40,321 nt of DNA from a virus (Duplodnaviria > Caudoviricetes). The stretch is taken from positions 1-40,321 of the IMG/VR virus record IMGVR_UViG_3300005805_000184. The stretch is one strand, 5' to 3'. Under the pieces are notes generated by a model, which had not been told where the DNA came from, did not search any database, and was given only the letters and a program-made list of their open reading frames with translations. The position numbers were made by a program, and so were the translations under genes. Numbering within the stretch: the stretch's first letter is position 1; each line of letters begins with the position of its first letter. Below, piece by piece: positions 30,092 to 37,971 of this stretch.

Positions 30092-30867
30092 TCCTTATGT
30101 TCCTCTTCGCATTTTATACCTCTATAAACTAGACCGTTAAAATCTCCGTTTATTTCATCGAGATACAGTTCGATGTTTGAAATCATTTCATCGAATATAG
30201 CCAGGTTTATGCTTAATATAGCGTTTAGCTTATCGATGTTTAACTCGTACATCTTGCTATCACATATGTTTTCAACAGTAGAAAACAGGAATCGAGTCAA
30301 TGGGTTTACCCATGAATTGAAAGATTCCATGACAATATCGGGTATTCCCGCCCTTTCACAATCTGCCGTAAATCTTTTATATGAATCCTTTATTGCCTTC
30401 GTTGAATAGTTTCTAAACTCAACGGAGTCTACGTTTAGGTTTGATTCATTTGCAACAAAATTCCTAAAAATCTCCTGTGATGCCCTTAGTTTTAAGGTAA
30501 GTATATCGGTAAATGCGGTCTTTTTAAAACCAGATTTAAAGTGTATACCTGGTATTTTTACATCTATTAAGTAATCGATCGTAGAGAAGAACGGATGATT
30601 TCTCATGAATGTGGTTTTCTTGTCCATCCGTTTTTTTGTTGCCTCTTCTATTGAAAACTTTATTTCCTCGTTCTTCTTTTCTAACTCGTCAATTTTCTTC
30701 TTTAGGCTTTCGTTCATATCTTTCATTTCGATAAAACTAACGTCGACCCTTTTCATAAAATATCGTGTCAAAACGAATATGGTTGATAAAAGGGTGACAA
30801 CTATTAGTCCTTGAAATGTTCCAACTCTCTCTATGAAAGATATTGTTTCTATTAACGTTGATTCCAT
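30088..30867 (-). CDS. Membrane protein (N-terminal TM, coiled coil, soluble domain); possible holin
   Basis: GTFQGLIVVTLLSTIFVL then KKKIDELEKKNEE; TATATA at 30889-30894. Confidence 0.55.
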   Translation of the reverse strand: MESTLIETISFIERVGTFQGLIVVTLLSTIFVLTRYFMKRVDVSFIEMKDMNESLKKKIDELEKKNEEIKFSIEEATKKRMDKKTTFMRNHPFFSTIDYLIDVKIPGIHFKSGFKKTAFTDILTLKLRASQEIFRNFVANESNLNVDSVEFRNYSTKAIKDSYKRFTADCERAGIPDIVMESFNSWVNPLTRFLFSTVENICDSKMYELNIDKLNAILSINLAIFDEMISNIELYLDEINGDFNGLVYRGIKCEEEHKD

Positions 30868-30896
30868 TCCGAGCGTTAAATTTTAATCTATATATC

Positions 30897-30931
30897 AAAA
30901 AAATGGGGTCCCACCGTTAAGGAAAGACCCC
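30897..30931 (-). terminator. Rho-independent terminator
   Basis: Minus strand GGGGTC-TTTCCTTAACGGTGG-GACCCC followed by A and T7. Confidence 0.8.
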
Positions 30932-30954
30932 TAAATACTTTAAAGTTAAACTAC

Positions 30955-31131
30955 TTATTTTCCGTTCATTATCTCTGCCTTTACGCTCAAAGGAAGTTCG
31001 GATATAGAAGAAACGTTATGTTTACTTAGGATATTTTCTATGTCCCTCATAGCAAAAGTTCTTTCTGTTTCGGTGTTTATCTTTTTTATATTGCTCTTTA
31101 CTATTGGAGCGATATCTGAATACTTCTTCAT
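30955..31131 (-). CDS. Small hypothetical protein (58 aa), not in ORF track
   Basis: MKKYSDIAPIVKSNIKKINTETERTFAMRDIENILSKHNVSSISELPLSVKAEIMNGK*; TATATA at 31146-31151 upstream, terminator downstream. Confidence 0.7.
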   Translation of the reverse strand: MKKYSDIAPIVKSNIKKINTETERTFAMRDIENILSKHNVSSISELPLSVKAEIMNGK

Positions 31132-31144
31132 AGTTTTATTTTTT

Positions 31145-31735
31145 TTATATAATCGTTTTGTTCATCCAATTCTCTGCTGCAGATATTATCTTTGGATGGG
31201 CATGTTTAAGAACAGTGTTCCATCTACTTTTTATAGCGGGTTCATAAAACTCGCTAAACAAACTATACCTATATGGCCTTCCTCTTTTTAAAAGATCAGG
31301 ATTTGTAATGAACAATCTTGCAGCCTCTGCCATTTTTTCATCCAATCCTCTGTTATCGGTAAAGGTCACATTTTCTTCTATTCTTTTGATGTTAACAAAG
31401 TTTTTCCTAAATCGTTTTCCCAACATATCTGATATGTAATGTCCGAACTCATGCGCCAATATTCCATAAGGAGTAAGATCTTGTACATATCCAGGAAAGC
31501 TCCAATCATACCCAGGATTTTTGACTGGTGGTCTACACAGTTTTGTATTTATGTGTATGACGTCTCTCGGATAGAACATGCCGTAGGCGGATTTCATATT
31601 TAAGTCGATGAATATCTTGGGCGCTTTTATCTTATTGATTTCACAGAATCTTTCTATTAATTCTATTCCTTTATACAGAAGGTAACCCTTCTCCTCGTTT
31701 CCGGTAAATTTCATATCAGTAATCCCCTTCTTCAA
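31145..31735 (-). CDS. Zincin-like metallopeptidase
   Basis: GILAHEFGH (HExxH) and downstream EKMAEA third-ligand motif; start may be the second Met. Confidence 0.7.
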   Translation of the reverse strand: MKKGITDMKFTGNEEKGYLLYKGIELIERFCEINKIKAPKIFIDLNMKSAYGMFYPRDVIHINTKLCRPPVKNPGYDWSFPGYVQDLTPYGILAHEFGHYISDMLGKRFRKNFVNIKRIEENVTFTDNRGLDEKMAEAARLFITNPDLLKRGRPYRYSLFSEFYEPAIKSRWNTVLKHAHPKIISAAENWMNKTII

Positions 31736-32141
31736 CTTGTAAACACGTAAGTCCTAGTTCTCTCCACATTTTTACCACCGAGTTTCTGTCGTCTAAAACA
31801 AACCAGATGCGGTGTCTTGGTTCTATAAAATTTAGGTATATCTCCCTTTTTACAACATAATCAGGTCTTCTGTCCCCGGTCTTTCTCATGTATATTTCAA
31901 CGGGAAAAGAATCGTCCATGAATATGTTTTTTCTTATCCATGAAACACTCTGTTTTACACAAGAGTCTTCTCTCCCTGTGCAAAAAATTATGTTTATTGC
32001 GTTTGAATGCAACATCCTAACCAACCTAATTATCCTTTCAACAGGAATATCTTCGGCTACCTTAGAATACTCGTACCACCCACGGTCCCCCTTTGTAGAA
32101 ACCGTTCCATCAAGGTCCACTATAACTGTTAATTCTTCCAT
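31716..32141 (-). CDS. HAD phosphatase, stand-alone PseT/PNK 3'-phosphatase domain
   Basis: VDLDGT, CTGR, MRKTGDRRPDYVVK, LDDRNSVVKMWRELGLTCLQVEEGDY. Confidence 0.88.
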   Translation of the reverse strand: MEELTVIVDLDGTVSTKGDRGWYEYSKVAEDIPVERIIRLVRMLHSNAINIIFCTGREDSCVKQSVSWIRKNIFMDDSFPVEIYMRKTGDRRPDYVVKREIYLNFIEPRHRIWFVLDDRNSVVKMWRELGLTCLQVEEGDY

Positions 32142-32148
32142 ATTTGGT

Positions 32149-32154
32149 TATATA
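32149..32154. promoter_or_regulatory. TATATA bidirectional candidate promoter
   Basis: In the 18-nt gap between divergent starts 32141(-) and 32160(+). Confidence 0.5.
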
Positions 32155-32159
32155 CCCAT

Positions 32160-32519
32160 ATGAAAAATCTGTTAGAATATTCGCATTTTTTAAAAATAGG
32201 GTTAGATCTAAACGAAAAAAAGAAGATCGATAGCCAAAAAATAGAAAAGGCGTTAAAGAAAAAGTCCGAAAAAACAGGAGTTTCCATGTCTGCCTTAAGA
32301 AAGGTAATGAGACGTGGAATGGCGGCCTGGAAGTCTGGCCACCGACCAGGAGCAGGTCAAGAACAATGGGGATATGCCAGAGTAAATTCATTTTTAACCG
32401 GAGGAAAAGGAACCTGGGGTTCACCAAAGAAAGCACCAAAGGGAGGAGCAGATTCTGACGTAGCGAGAGGGGTAGCACGAAGCAAGAGAGCAAAAGAAAA
32501 ATTAAGGTTTTTGAAATGA
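32160..32519 (+). CDS. Basic viral protein, DUF5824-type (RGMAAW..GHRPG..WGYARV)
   Basis: LKKKSEKTGVSMSALRKVMRRGMAAWKSGHRPGAGQEQWGYARVNSF; recalled from large phage and NCLDV proteins. Confidence 0.7.
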   Translation: MKNLLEYSHFLKIGLDLNEKKKIDSQKIEKALKKKSEKTGVSMSALRKVMRRGMAAWKSGHRPGAGQEQWGYARVNSFLTGGKGTWGSPKKAPKGGADSDVARGVARSKRAKEKLRFLK

Positions 32520-32761
32520 TCACCTTTGAAGAATTTATAGTAAACGAGGCCAAAAAGAAATATACCGATTCAACGCATCCTTATTTCAAAGGACTCTCAA
32601 AGTCCACGATGAAGGATAAAAAAAGGCAAATGAAGAGACAGGCAGAAATGGACGATTCAGACCCAAGTGCATATAAAAAACTTCCGGGCGATGAGTCTCA
32701 CAGGATAACAAAGCGAACTAGCAAACACACTGAGAAATATAACAAAATGTACGGAGAATAA
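32516..32761 (+). CDS. Small basic protein with T4 capsid-targeting-like leader
   Basis: MITFEEFIVNEA; YFKGLSKST...SAYKKLPGD...SKHTEKYNKMYGE. Confidence 0.75.
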   Translation: MITFEEFIVNEAKKKYTDSTHPYFKGLSKSTMKDKKRQMKRQAEMDDSDPSAYKKLPGDESHRITKRTSKHTEKYNKMYGE

Positions 32762-32764
32762 AAA

Positions 32765-32798
32765 AAAGGAGATCTAAAAAAAGATCTCCTTTCTTTTT
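32765..32798. terminator. Bidirectional Rho-independent terminator
   Basis: AAAGGAGATCT-aaaaaa-AGATCTCCTTT, flanked by A and T tracts, between convergent genes. Confidence 0.85.
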
Positions 32799-32819
32799 AA
32801 AAAGTTATTTAAAAAAACT

Positions 32820-32966
32820 TTAGGTTTTTTCGTAATCAACATCCTTCAATCCATAGACAAGATAGCCTCCGCCCTTATGAACGTCTGTTAAATTCTTTCC
32901 TTTGATGTGAGAAGCAATCCCATCGTTTTCGTTTAACCAATCCTCGTATCTCGCTATGTATGCCAT
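32820..32966 (-). CDS. Small hypothetical protein (48 aa), not in ORF track
   Basis: MAYIARYEDWLNENDGIASHIKGKNLTDVHKGGGYLVYGLKDVDYEKT*; leader resembles the other capsid-targeting-like leaders. Confidence 0.65.
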   Translation of the reverse strand: MAYIARYEDWLNENDGIASHIKGKNLTDVHKGGGYLVYGLKDVDYEKT

Positions 32967-32985
32967 TATTCTTTTATTTTATTCA

Positions 32986-33798
32986 TTATACGTTGGTTTC
33001 AATAACTGTACAACCGTCTTTGATATAGAACATTTCTCTTCCCAAAGATTCTAAAAGACTAAACTGTTCAAATGTCATGATATTTTTCCAACGCATAGAT
33101 TCTACAAGAGTTGATAGCCAGCTAGTTCCTGGAAATGGGTGAAATACCTTGTATTCATTGTTCATTCGCATGTACCTATTAAGTTCCTTTGCCATTTTTT
33201 GATCAGTTGATGCCATTGCCTTTGAATCCCAGTACGTTTTTACTTTGAACACTCCAAATCTTTTTTTCCCATTCGGAGTTAATTCTGTGTCAACTTCAAG
33301 AGTACCTACTACGTGCTTTAATGTACGTTTATTGTATACCATATAATCAGTTTCATAGTTATTATGAGCATTCTTCCTGACCTTTTCGTCATATTTCCTC
33401 TTTTTGTCGGGGTACATCGATATTATTGTCGACTGTTGGTCTCTTATCATTTCTTTGATTTTACCCTGAGGAACGTCAATGATCACTTCATAGTCTGGGT
33501 TATATGGATCCGGTCTGGAGTACATTCTCTCAAGGGCGTGTTTGGTAAAATCTATGAAAAAATTCTCCGGTTCTATAAAAGGTTTTTGTGCTTTCGCTGG
33601 TTCTTGTTGCTTTGGAGAAAATTTTTTGTGCCATTCCAGATATCTGGGCTCAAGTTTCATTATCTCCTCTTCATCGTCGTCCTCTATTCCAAGTTCACGA
33701 AATGCCTGTCGAGTTTTTTCATACTCTTCTCTCTCTACACGTTCTTTTTCTTCTCTTCGCCTTCTTTCTTCCTCGGATTCTTCATTCTTTTTGCTCAT
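32986..33798 (-). CDS. Hypothetical protein with possible BECR-fold (DUF4258/RelE-like) RNase domain
   Basis: Charged N-terminus, FTKHALERMYSR, later FKVKTYW. Confidence 0.5.
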   Translation of the reverse strand: MSKKNEESEEERRRREEKERVEREEYEKTRQAFRELGIEDDDEEEIMKLEPRYLEWHKKFSPKQQEPAKAQKPFIEPENFFIDFTKHALERMYSRPDPYNPDYEVIIDVPQGKIKEMIRDQQSTIISMYPDKKRKYDEKVRKNAHNNYETDYMVYNKRTLKHVVGTLEVDTELTPNGKKRFGVFKVKTYWDSKAMASTDQKMAKELNRYMRMNNEYKVFHPFPGTSWLSTLVESMRWKNIMTFEQFSLLESLGREMFYIKDGCTVIETNV

Positions 33799-33807
33799 AA
33801 CATTTCG

Positions 33808-33835
33808 TTATTTTCTTATATATATAAGAAAATAA
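33808..33835. promoter_or_regulatory. Perfect 28-bp palindrome centred on TATATATATA between divergent genes
   Basis: TTATTTTCTTATAT|ATATAAGAAAATAA, between starts 33798(-) and 33843(+). Confidence 0.8.
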
Positions 33836-33842
33836 AAGCGCC

Positions 33843-34229
33843 ATGACTCAAATAGAGGGGGCCGTTCAGAGACTGTTACAGACTAGGGACCAGGCACACA
33901 TTTTTCATTGGAACACAAAAAGCTACGCGGCCCACGTTGCGTTAGGATCTTTTTATGATTCTCTTCTTGATAGCATAGATTCTTTCTTTGAGAATTACAA
34001 GGGAAAATACCCGGAAGTTTTTTCTAGAAAATCAAAGATACCTTTATCGGTAAACTCTGATCCTGGCATAACTCCTGAGGCTATGATTCCGTTTTTTAAT
34101 GATTTCAATAGGTTTTTAGAATCGCTCTCAAAGGAACTAGAGTCTCAAGGCGATTTAGACATCCAAGACATAGTTTTCGACATGAAAAATGCAACAAACA
34201 AACTTCTGTACCTGTTAACTTTAAAGTGA
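33843..34229 (+). CDS. Ferritin/Dps-like protein (DUF5856-type)
   Basis: AHIFHWNTKSYAAHVALGSFYD...DSFFE and terminal NKLLYLLTLK. Confidence 0.8.
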   Translation: MTQIEGAVQRLLQTRDQAHIFHWNTKSYAAHVALGSFYDSLLDSIDSFFENYKGKYPEVFSRKSKIPLSVNSDPGITPEAMIPFFNDFNRFLESLSKELESQGDLDIQDIVFDMKNATNKLLYLLTLK

Positions 34230-34455
34230 TCTAAAAAATCTAAAAAATCGATCTTCTTTTAAAAAAAACAAAGGGACAATTGATGTCAAAGAAGAAATCG
34301 GATTCAATTTGCGCAAATTGGATAAACAATAAAAACAGTCAAGGTTTACAGGAAAAACAAAAAGACTTTTCCTCCAACGATAAACACATCGAAGAAGCAT
34401 ATCCAAAAAAGGGATTTTTAGGCTCCTGCAAAAAGGTTAAAATTAAATGGGTTTG

Positions 34456-34650
34456 CTAGATAAAGTTTCTCTTCTTTTTGTTTCTCCTCTTTTTCTTCTT
34501 CCATGAAGAAAATCCCATTACCCCACCAAATACGTCTCCGCTTCCTACCTTTGTTGAAGTCGGAAATGTAACATCTCCCATACCAGGAGTGTTGTCCAGG
34601 GTTGAAAACCCTTCTGGCGCACCTCCCATTTCGTTCTCCTTTATCTTCAT
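34456..34650 (-). CDS. Small Gly/Pro-rich protein with basic tail
   Basis: STLDNTPGMGDV...GSGD, KKKKRRNKKKR; TATATA at 34655-34660. Confidence 0.65.
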   Translation of the reverse strand: MKIKENEMGGAPEGFSTLDNTPGMGDVTFPTSTKVGSGDVFGGVMGFSSWKKKKRRNKKKRNFI

Positions 34651-34730
34651 TACCTATATACCAAAAAACATTTTTATCCTCTATGGATATGGTGGTATAT
34701 TAGTTTTATGTTAAACATTGGTAAGATGCA

Positions 34731-34973
34731 ATGAAGGAAAGCATAATAGTAGACGGAGTCATTGAAGAATCTCTATCGAACGGAAATTTTAGAGTTCGAT
34801 TGGAGAATGGCGCCCTAGTTTTGGCATATCTCTCGGGAAAGATGAGGATAAATTCAATAAAGGTAATCGTTGGAGATTCTGTACAGCTGGAAATGTCACC
34901 TTATGACCTTTCAAGAGGAAGGATTTCCAGAAGGTTATCAAAAACCAAGGAAAAGGAAGGAGAAAGTTCTTAA
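34731..34973 (+). CDS. infA: Translation initiation factor IF-1
   Basis: GVIEESLSNGNFRVRLENG..VLAYLSGKMRINSIKVIVGDSVQLEMSPYDLSRGRI. Confidence 0.93.
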   Translation: MKESIIVDGVIEESLSNGNFRVRLENGALVLAYLSGKMRINSIKVIVGDSVQLEMSPYDLSRGRISRRLSKTKEKEGESS

Positions 34974-35575
34974 TGAGATTATTAATATCAATGACTTTGA
35001 TGTTTTTTTTGTCTGTCACTCTAAGCTGTAAGGAATGGGTAAGGGTTTTAGATCCAAAATCAGTAAACATCGTTGTGAGTCCGACAAGAAAGGTTGTAGA
35101 AATAGAAACATGGAAACTTAGAGGCCACAAAAACTTTATAAACCTTTCCTTCTGGGGATCAAGAGGTCCAGTTGGTCCGCTTTATATAGATTCAACAAAC
35201 ATAGGAAATGGTCACAAACGATGGCCCGTTATGTCCATGAAACCTTTCGTAGGAGAATATAAAGGTGGACCAATAAGCTCGGGTTTTTCCGGGAGCAACG
35301 TTCTTGTCAAAGAAGGAAATACTGTAAAACAACAGAGATCGTTTTTTTCAAGAAGACGTTGTCCAAGAACCGGCGTGGGTATAAACTCTGATGGAAAAAT
35401 CATCGTGATTATTACTACCTCTTCAACACTTTCTGAATTTGCTAAAAGGTTCGTTCAGGAAGGAGCAATTTTTGCAATAAATGTAGACGGCGGAAGTTCA
35501 ACAATGTTCATAGAAAACGGAGAATCATTATGGAACTCAAAAAGGTCAGCAGTGCCGGTGATCCTGAGTTGGTGA
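34973..35575 (+). CDS. Exported phosphodiester glycosidase (NAGPA/DUF2233-like)
   Basis: PRTGVGI..DG, TLSEFA, AINVDGGSSTM; N-terminal signal ending LSC. Confidence 0.8.
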   Translation: MRLLISMTLMFFLSVTLSCKEWVRVLDPKSVNIVVSPTRKVVEIETWKLRGHKNFINLSFWGSRGPVGPLYIDSTNIGNGHKRWPVMSMKPFVGEYKGGPISSGFSGSNVLVKEGNTVKQQRSFFSRRRCPRTGVGINSDGKIIVIITTSSTLSEFAKRFVQEGAIFAINVDGGSSTMFIENGESLWNSKRSAVPVILSW

Positions 35576-35778
35576 TGAGGAACAGAAAGATAATAAATCC
35601 CCTGTGGCCGTCCATCTTTGCTGTGTTTATGCAGCTACTTGCAACCATCTATCTCTATTCGGTCAACGTTCCGAAGAGGGCGGTCATAGCATCTGCGATT
35701 CTCACATTTGTGTATTGCGTTGTTACATATCTGTTAAACAAGAAACCAAAGGTTCGTAAAACGAATATAAAGTTTTGA
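35575..35778 (+). CDS. Small two-TM membrane protein
   Basis: ATG overlaps the upstream stop (TGATG); two hydrophobic helices and a basic tail. Confidence 0.65.
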   Translation: MRNRKIINPLWPSIFAVFMQLLATIYLYSVNVPKRAVIASAILTFVYCVVTYLLNKKPKVRKTNIKF

Positions 35779-36938
35779 TGAACATAGAACCAACGCAGTA
35801 TTACGATGAGTACTTACGGTACTTTAATATAGCTTCTGATCAACAGATTAAAAGCAATTTAGGAACCATCCCTCACACAGAAAGCGATGTAGGGGACGAT
35901 TTAATGCACAACGTTGAGCTGTATGATGTAGTCGAGAGAAAGTACGCAGGATTCTCTCAGATAGTAAACGATGTGTTTTATGGATGGACAGATCAACATC
36001 CATATTGGGATAAGATGCAATCCGGAAACATAACTAAACAAAGAAAGAAGGTTTCCGCCGATTGGACGGGAAAGCATTCGGACTTTTCTCTCCCCGAATG
36101 GCTTTATGTTTTTTTGTTGCATCGAGTAACGGGTTCGGCCATAAATTACGGCACAAAACCGTCTGGATACTACAACACGCTGTTATTTTACTTACACGAT
36201 GCAAAAACCATAGAACAGATGGTCGGAATGGTAAACAGACATCCTACGCCATTTTATACTTCGATAGGTTACCAATTTCCGAGTTTTCCTAAGGTTCCTG
36301 CCGGAAAACACTACAAAAGAGGAGGAGATTATTATCTCTCGGAGTTTGCCCCTCGCCTTGTTAGAGAAATGGCAGAATGGTTGGAATCAGGAGGAAAAAG
36401 GGATCTAAGAGAAATGGGTCAATGGATGTTTGATTGGAACACGAGAAATGGTCTAAGAGCATATAGGTTTCAATACGCGGCTTTCGTTGCTGACATCGCA
36501 GATTGGTATCCTCAATACGCAAATAGAGAATCCATGTTTTATTATGGAACAAACGCAAAGGAATGCATCTCATATCTTGCAAAACCCACAAAGAAGATGT
36601 CCCCTGATGATTTTCTTGATGCTGTGATGGAAAGAATATTTCAGGACACCGGCGCATTTCCATACAATGCAGAAGATGTCGCATGCGATTTTATAAGATG
36701 GGTTGAAAACTATATAAGACCCGGAGCAGACTACAGTCACTTAAACATGGATTCGGTCTGGTCTTCCTGTAAGATAAAGGATCATCCATTTGGAAGGCAA
36801 AGGGCCATGTTGGATCTTGGTCTAATAAAAACATTTAACGATTTAAAATCCCATCCTTCTGACGATTTTGTAATATCTAAACACAACATAACACCAGAAA
36901 AATACAAAGAAATGGTAAGGAATCACTATGCCGCTTGA
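35775..36938 (+). CDS. Divergent amino-acid:DNA transferase (aGPT-Pplase-like), paralogue A
   Basis: DDLMHNVELYDVVERKYAGFS, FQYAAFVADI, YGTNAKECISYL, NAEDVACDFIRW parallel the aGPT-Pplase motif series. Confidence 0.65.
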   Translation: MMNIEPTQYYDEYLRYFNIASDQQIKSNLGTIPHTESDVGDDLMHNVELYDVVERKYAGFSQIVNDVFYGWTDQHPYWDKMQSGNITKQRKKVSADWTGKHSDFSLPEWLYVFLLHRVTGSAINYGTKPSGYYNTLLFYLHDAKTIEQMVGMVNRHPTPFYTSIGYQFPSFPKVPAGKHYKRGGDYYLSEFAPRLVREMAEWLESGGKRDLREMGQWMFDWNTRNGLRAYRFQYAAFVADIADWYPQYANRESMFYYGTNAKECISYLAKPTKKMSPDDFLDAVMERIFQDTGAFPYNAEDVACDFIRWVENYIRPGADYSHLNMDSVWSSCKIKDHPFGRQRAMLDLGLIKTFNDLKSHPSDDFVISKHNITPEKYKEMVRNHYAA

Positions 36939-37959
36939 AACTCGTTGCCTTTTTGATGACGGAGTAGTCTATGATAACATATCATATGACGGAACAGTTG
37001 AAGTAGATATGAAAAACGGAAAGCCTCTCGACTCTTGGATGAAAGATTGGCCCCTTGAAAAGAGAATGGAAAAGTTTTTTGAGTTCTGTCAAAAGTTTGA
37101 TAATCGCGAAGATAGGTTTTTAAGAGAAGATTACCAAATATTCTCTCATAGACTTCATTGGCACGAACACCCGTTCTGTGATCTCATGCAAAAGGTAGAT
37201 GATCCGTTTGAACGTTTATGGTACACTCTTGTATTTTCGTTTACCAACGAACACTGGGGAACCTTAACCAAGCTTGTTAATGAAGGAGAAAGGGCTCTGG
37301 AAGAGCACTTCAAAGAAAATAGGCATGCAAGAAATGATCTGTTCCAAATATACTACCCAAAGGGAACCGATGTAAAACAATGGATACTTAGCGGCCCGAA
37401 GGAAGCGGCAAAACAAATGCATCACGTATTGGAAAATGTTAAAATCCCTTACACAATGATGAAGTTTGCAAAGATATTGGAGTCCTACTTTAAGGAACAC
37501 CAAAATTTCAGAAGCCCTCTTTATCCTTGCAAAAACACCGCTAGATACATAGCCATGGCGTATCCGCATTTGGTTGATCCTGAAAGTGTTCTTTTCGGAG
37601 GAACAGGGCATTTTGATGGTTTACACCAAATCTTCGGAGGAAAAAATCTCAACGGAAAGGCAAAGTACGAGATCGATCAAAACGGAGATTTCATTCCTCT
37701 GAACGAACAAGCCAGGGAATGGGTTAGGCAGATGGAGGTTTTAGCAAAACACCCATCAAACCCGATTAAAGTACAAAAGTGGCTCAACATAGAAGACAAG
37801 ACATGTTTCTTTTATAAACACATTGCCATAAACCACGGAGTAAAATCACCGACGAAAAGGATACCATATACGTGGATATTTCCAAGAAACTTTAATCTTG
37901 CAAAACACCCAAATGGAACGGTGATTCTTGACGGAAAAAACTCTTTCGTTCATTCGTGA
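36928..37959 (+). CDS. Divergent amino-acid:DNA transferase (aGPT-Pplase-like), paralogue B
   Basis: FFEFCQKFDNREDRFLREDYQIFSHR, GGTGHFDGLHQIFG, NIEDKTCFFYKH. Confidence 0.6.
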   Translation: MPLETRCLFDDGVVYDNISYDGTVEVDMKNGKPLDSWMKDWPLEKRMEKFFEFCQKFDNREDRFLREDYQIFSHRLHWHEHPFCDLMQKVDDPFERLWYTLVFSFTNEHWGTLTKLVNEGERALEEHFKENRHARNDLFQIYYPKGTDVKQWILSGPKEAAKQMHHVLENVKIPYTMMKFAKILESYFKEHQNFRSPLYPCKNTARYIAMAYPHLVDPESVLFGGTGHFDGLHQIFGGKNLNGKAKYEIDQNGDFIPLNEQAREWVRQMEVLAKHPSNPIKVQKWLNIEDKTCFFYKHIAINHGVKSPTKRIPYTWIFPRNFNLAKHPNGTVILDGKNSFVHS

Positions 37960-37971
37960 TATAACACCAAC

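Noticed and set aside
31040-31291. 83-aa hydrophobic plus-strand ORF
   Set aside because: Antisense to the 58-aa ORF and the zincin gene, which have promoter and terminator support.
34221-34406. 61-aa minus-strand ORF
   Set aside because: Non-ATG start, atypical composition, no promoter motif or recognisable features.
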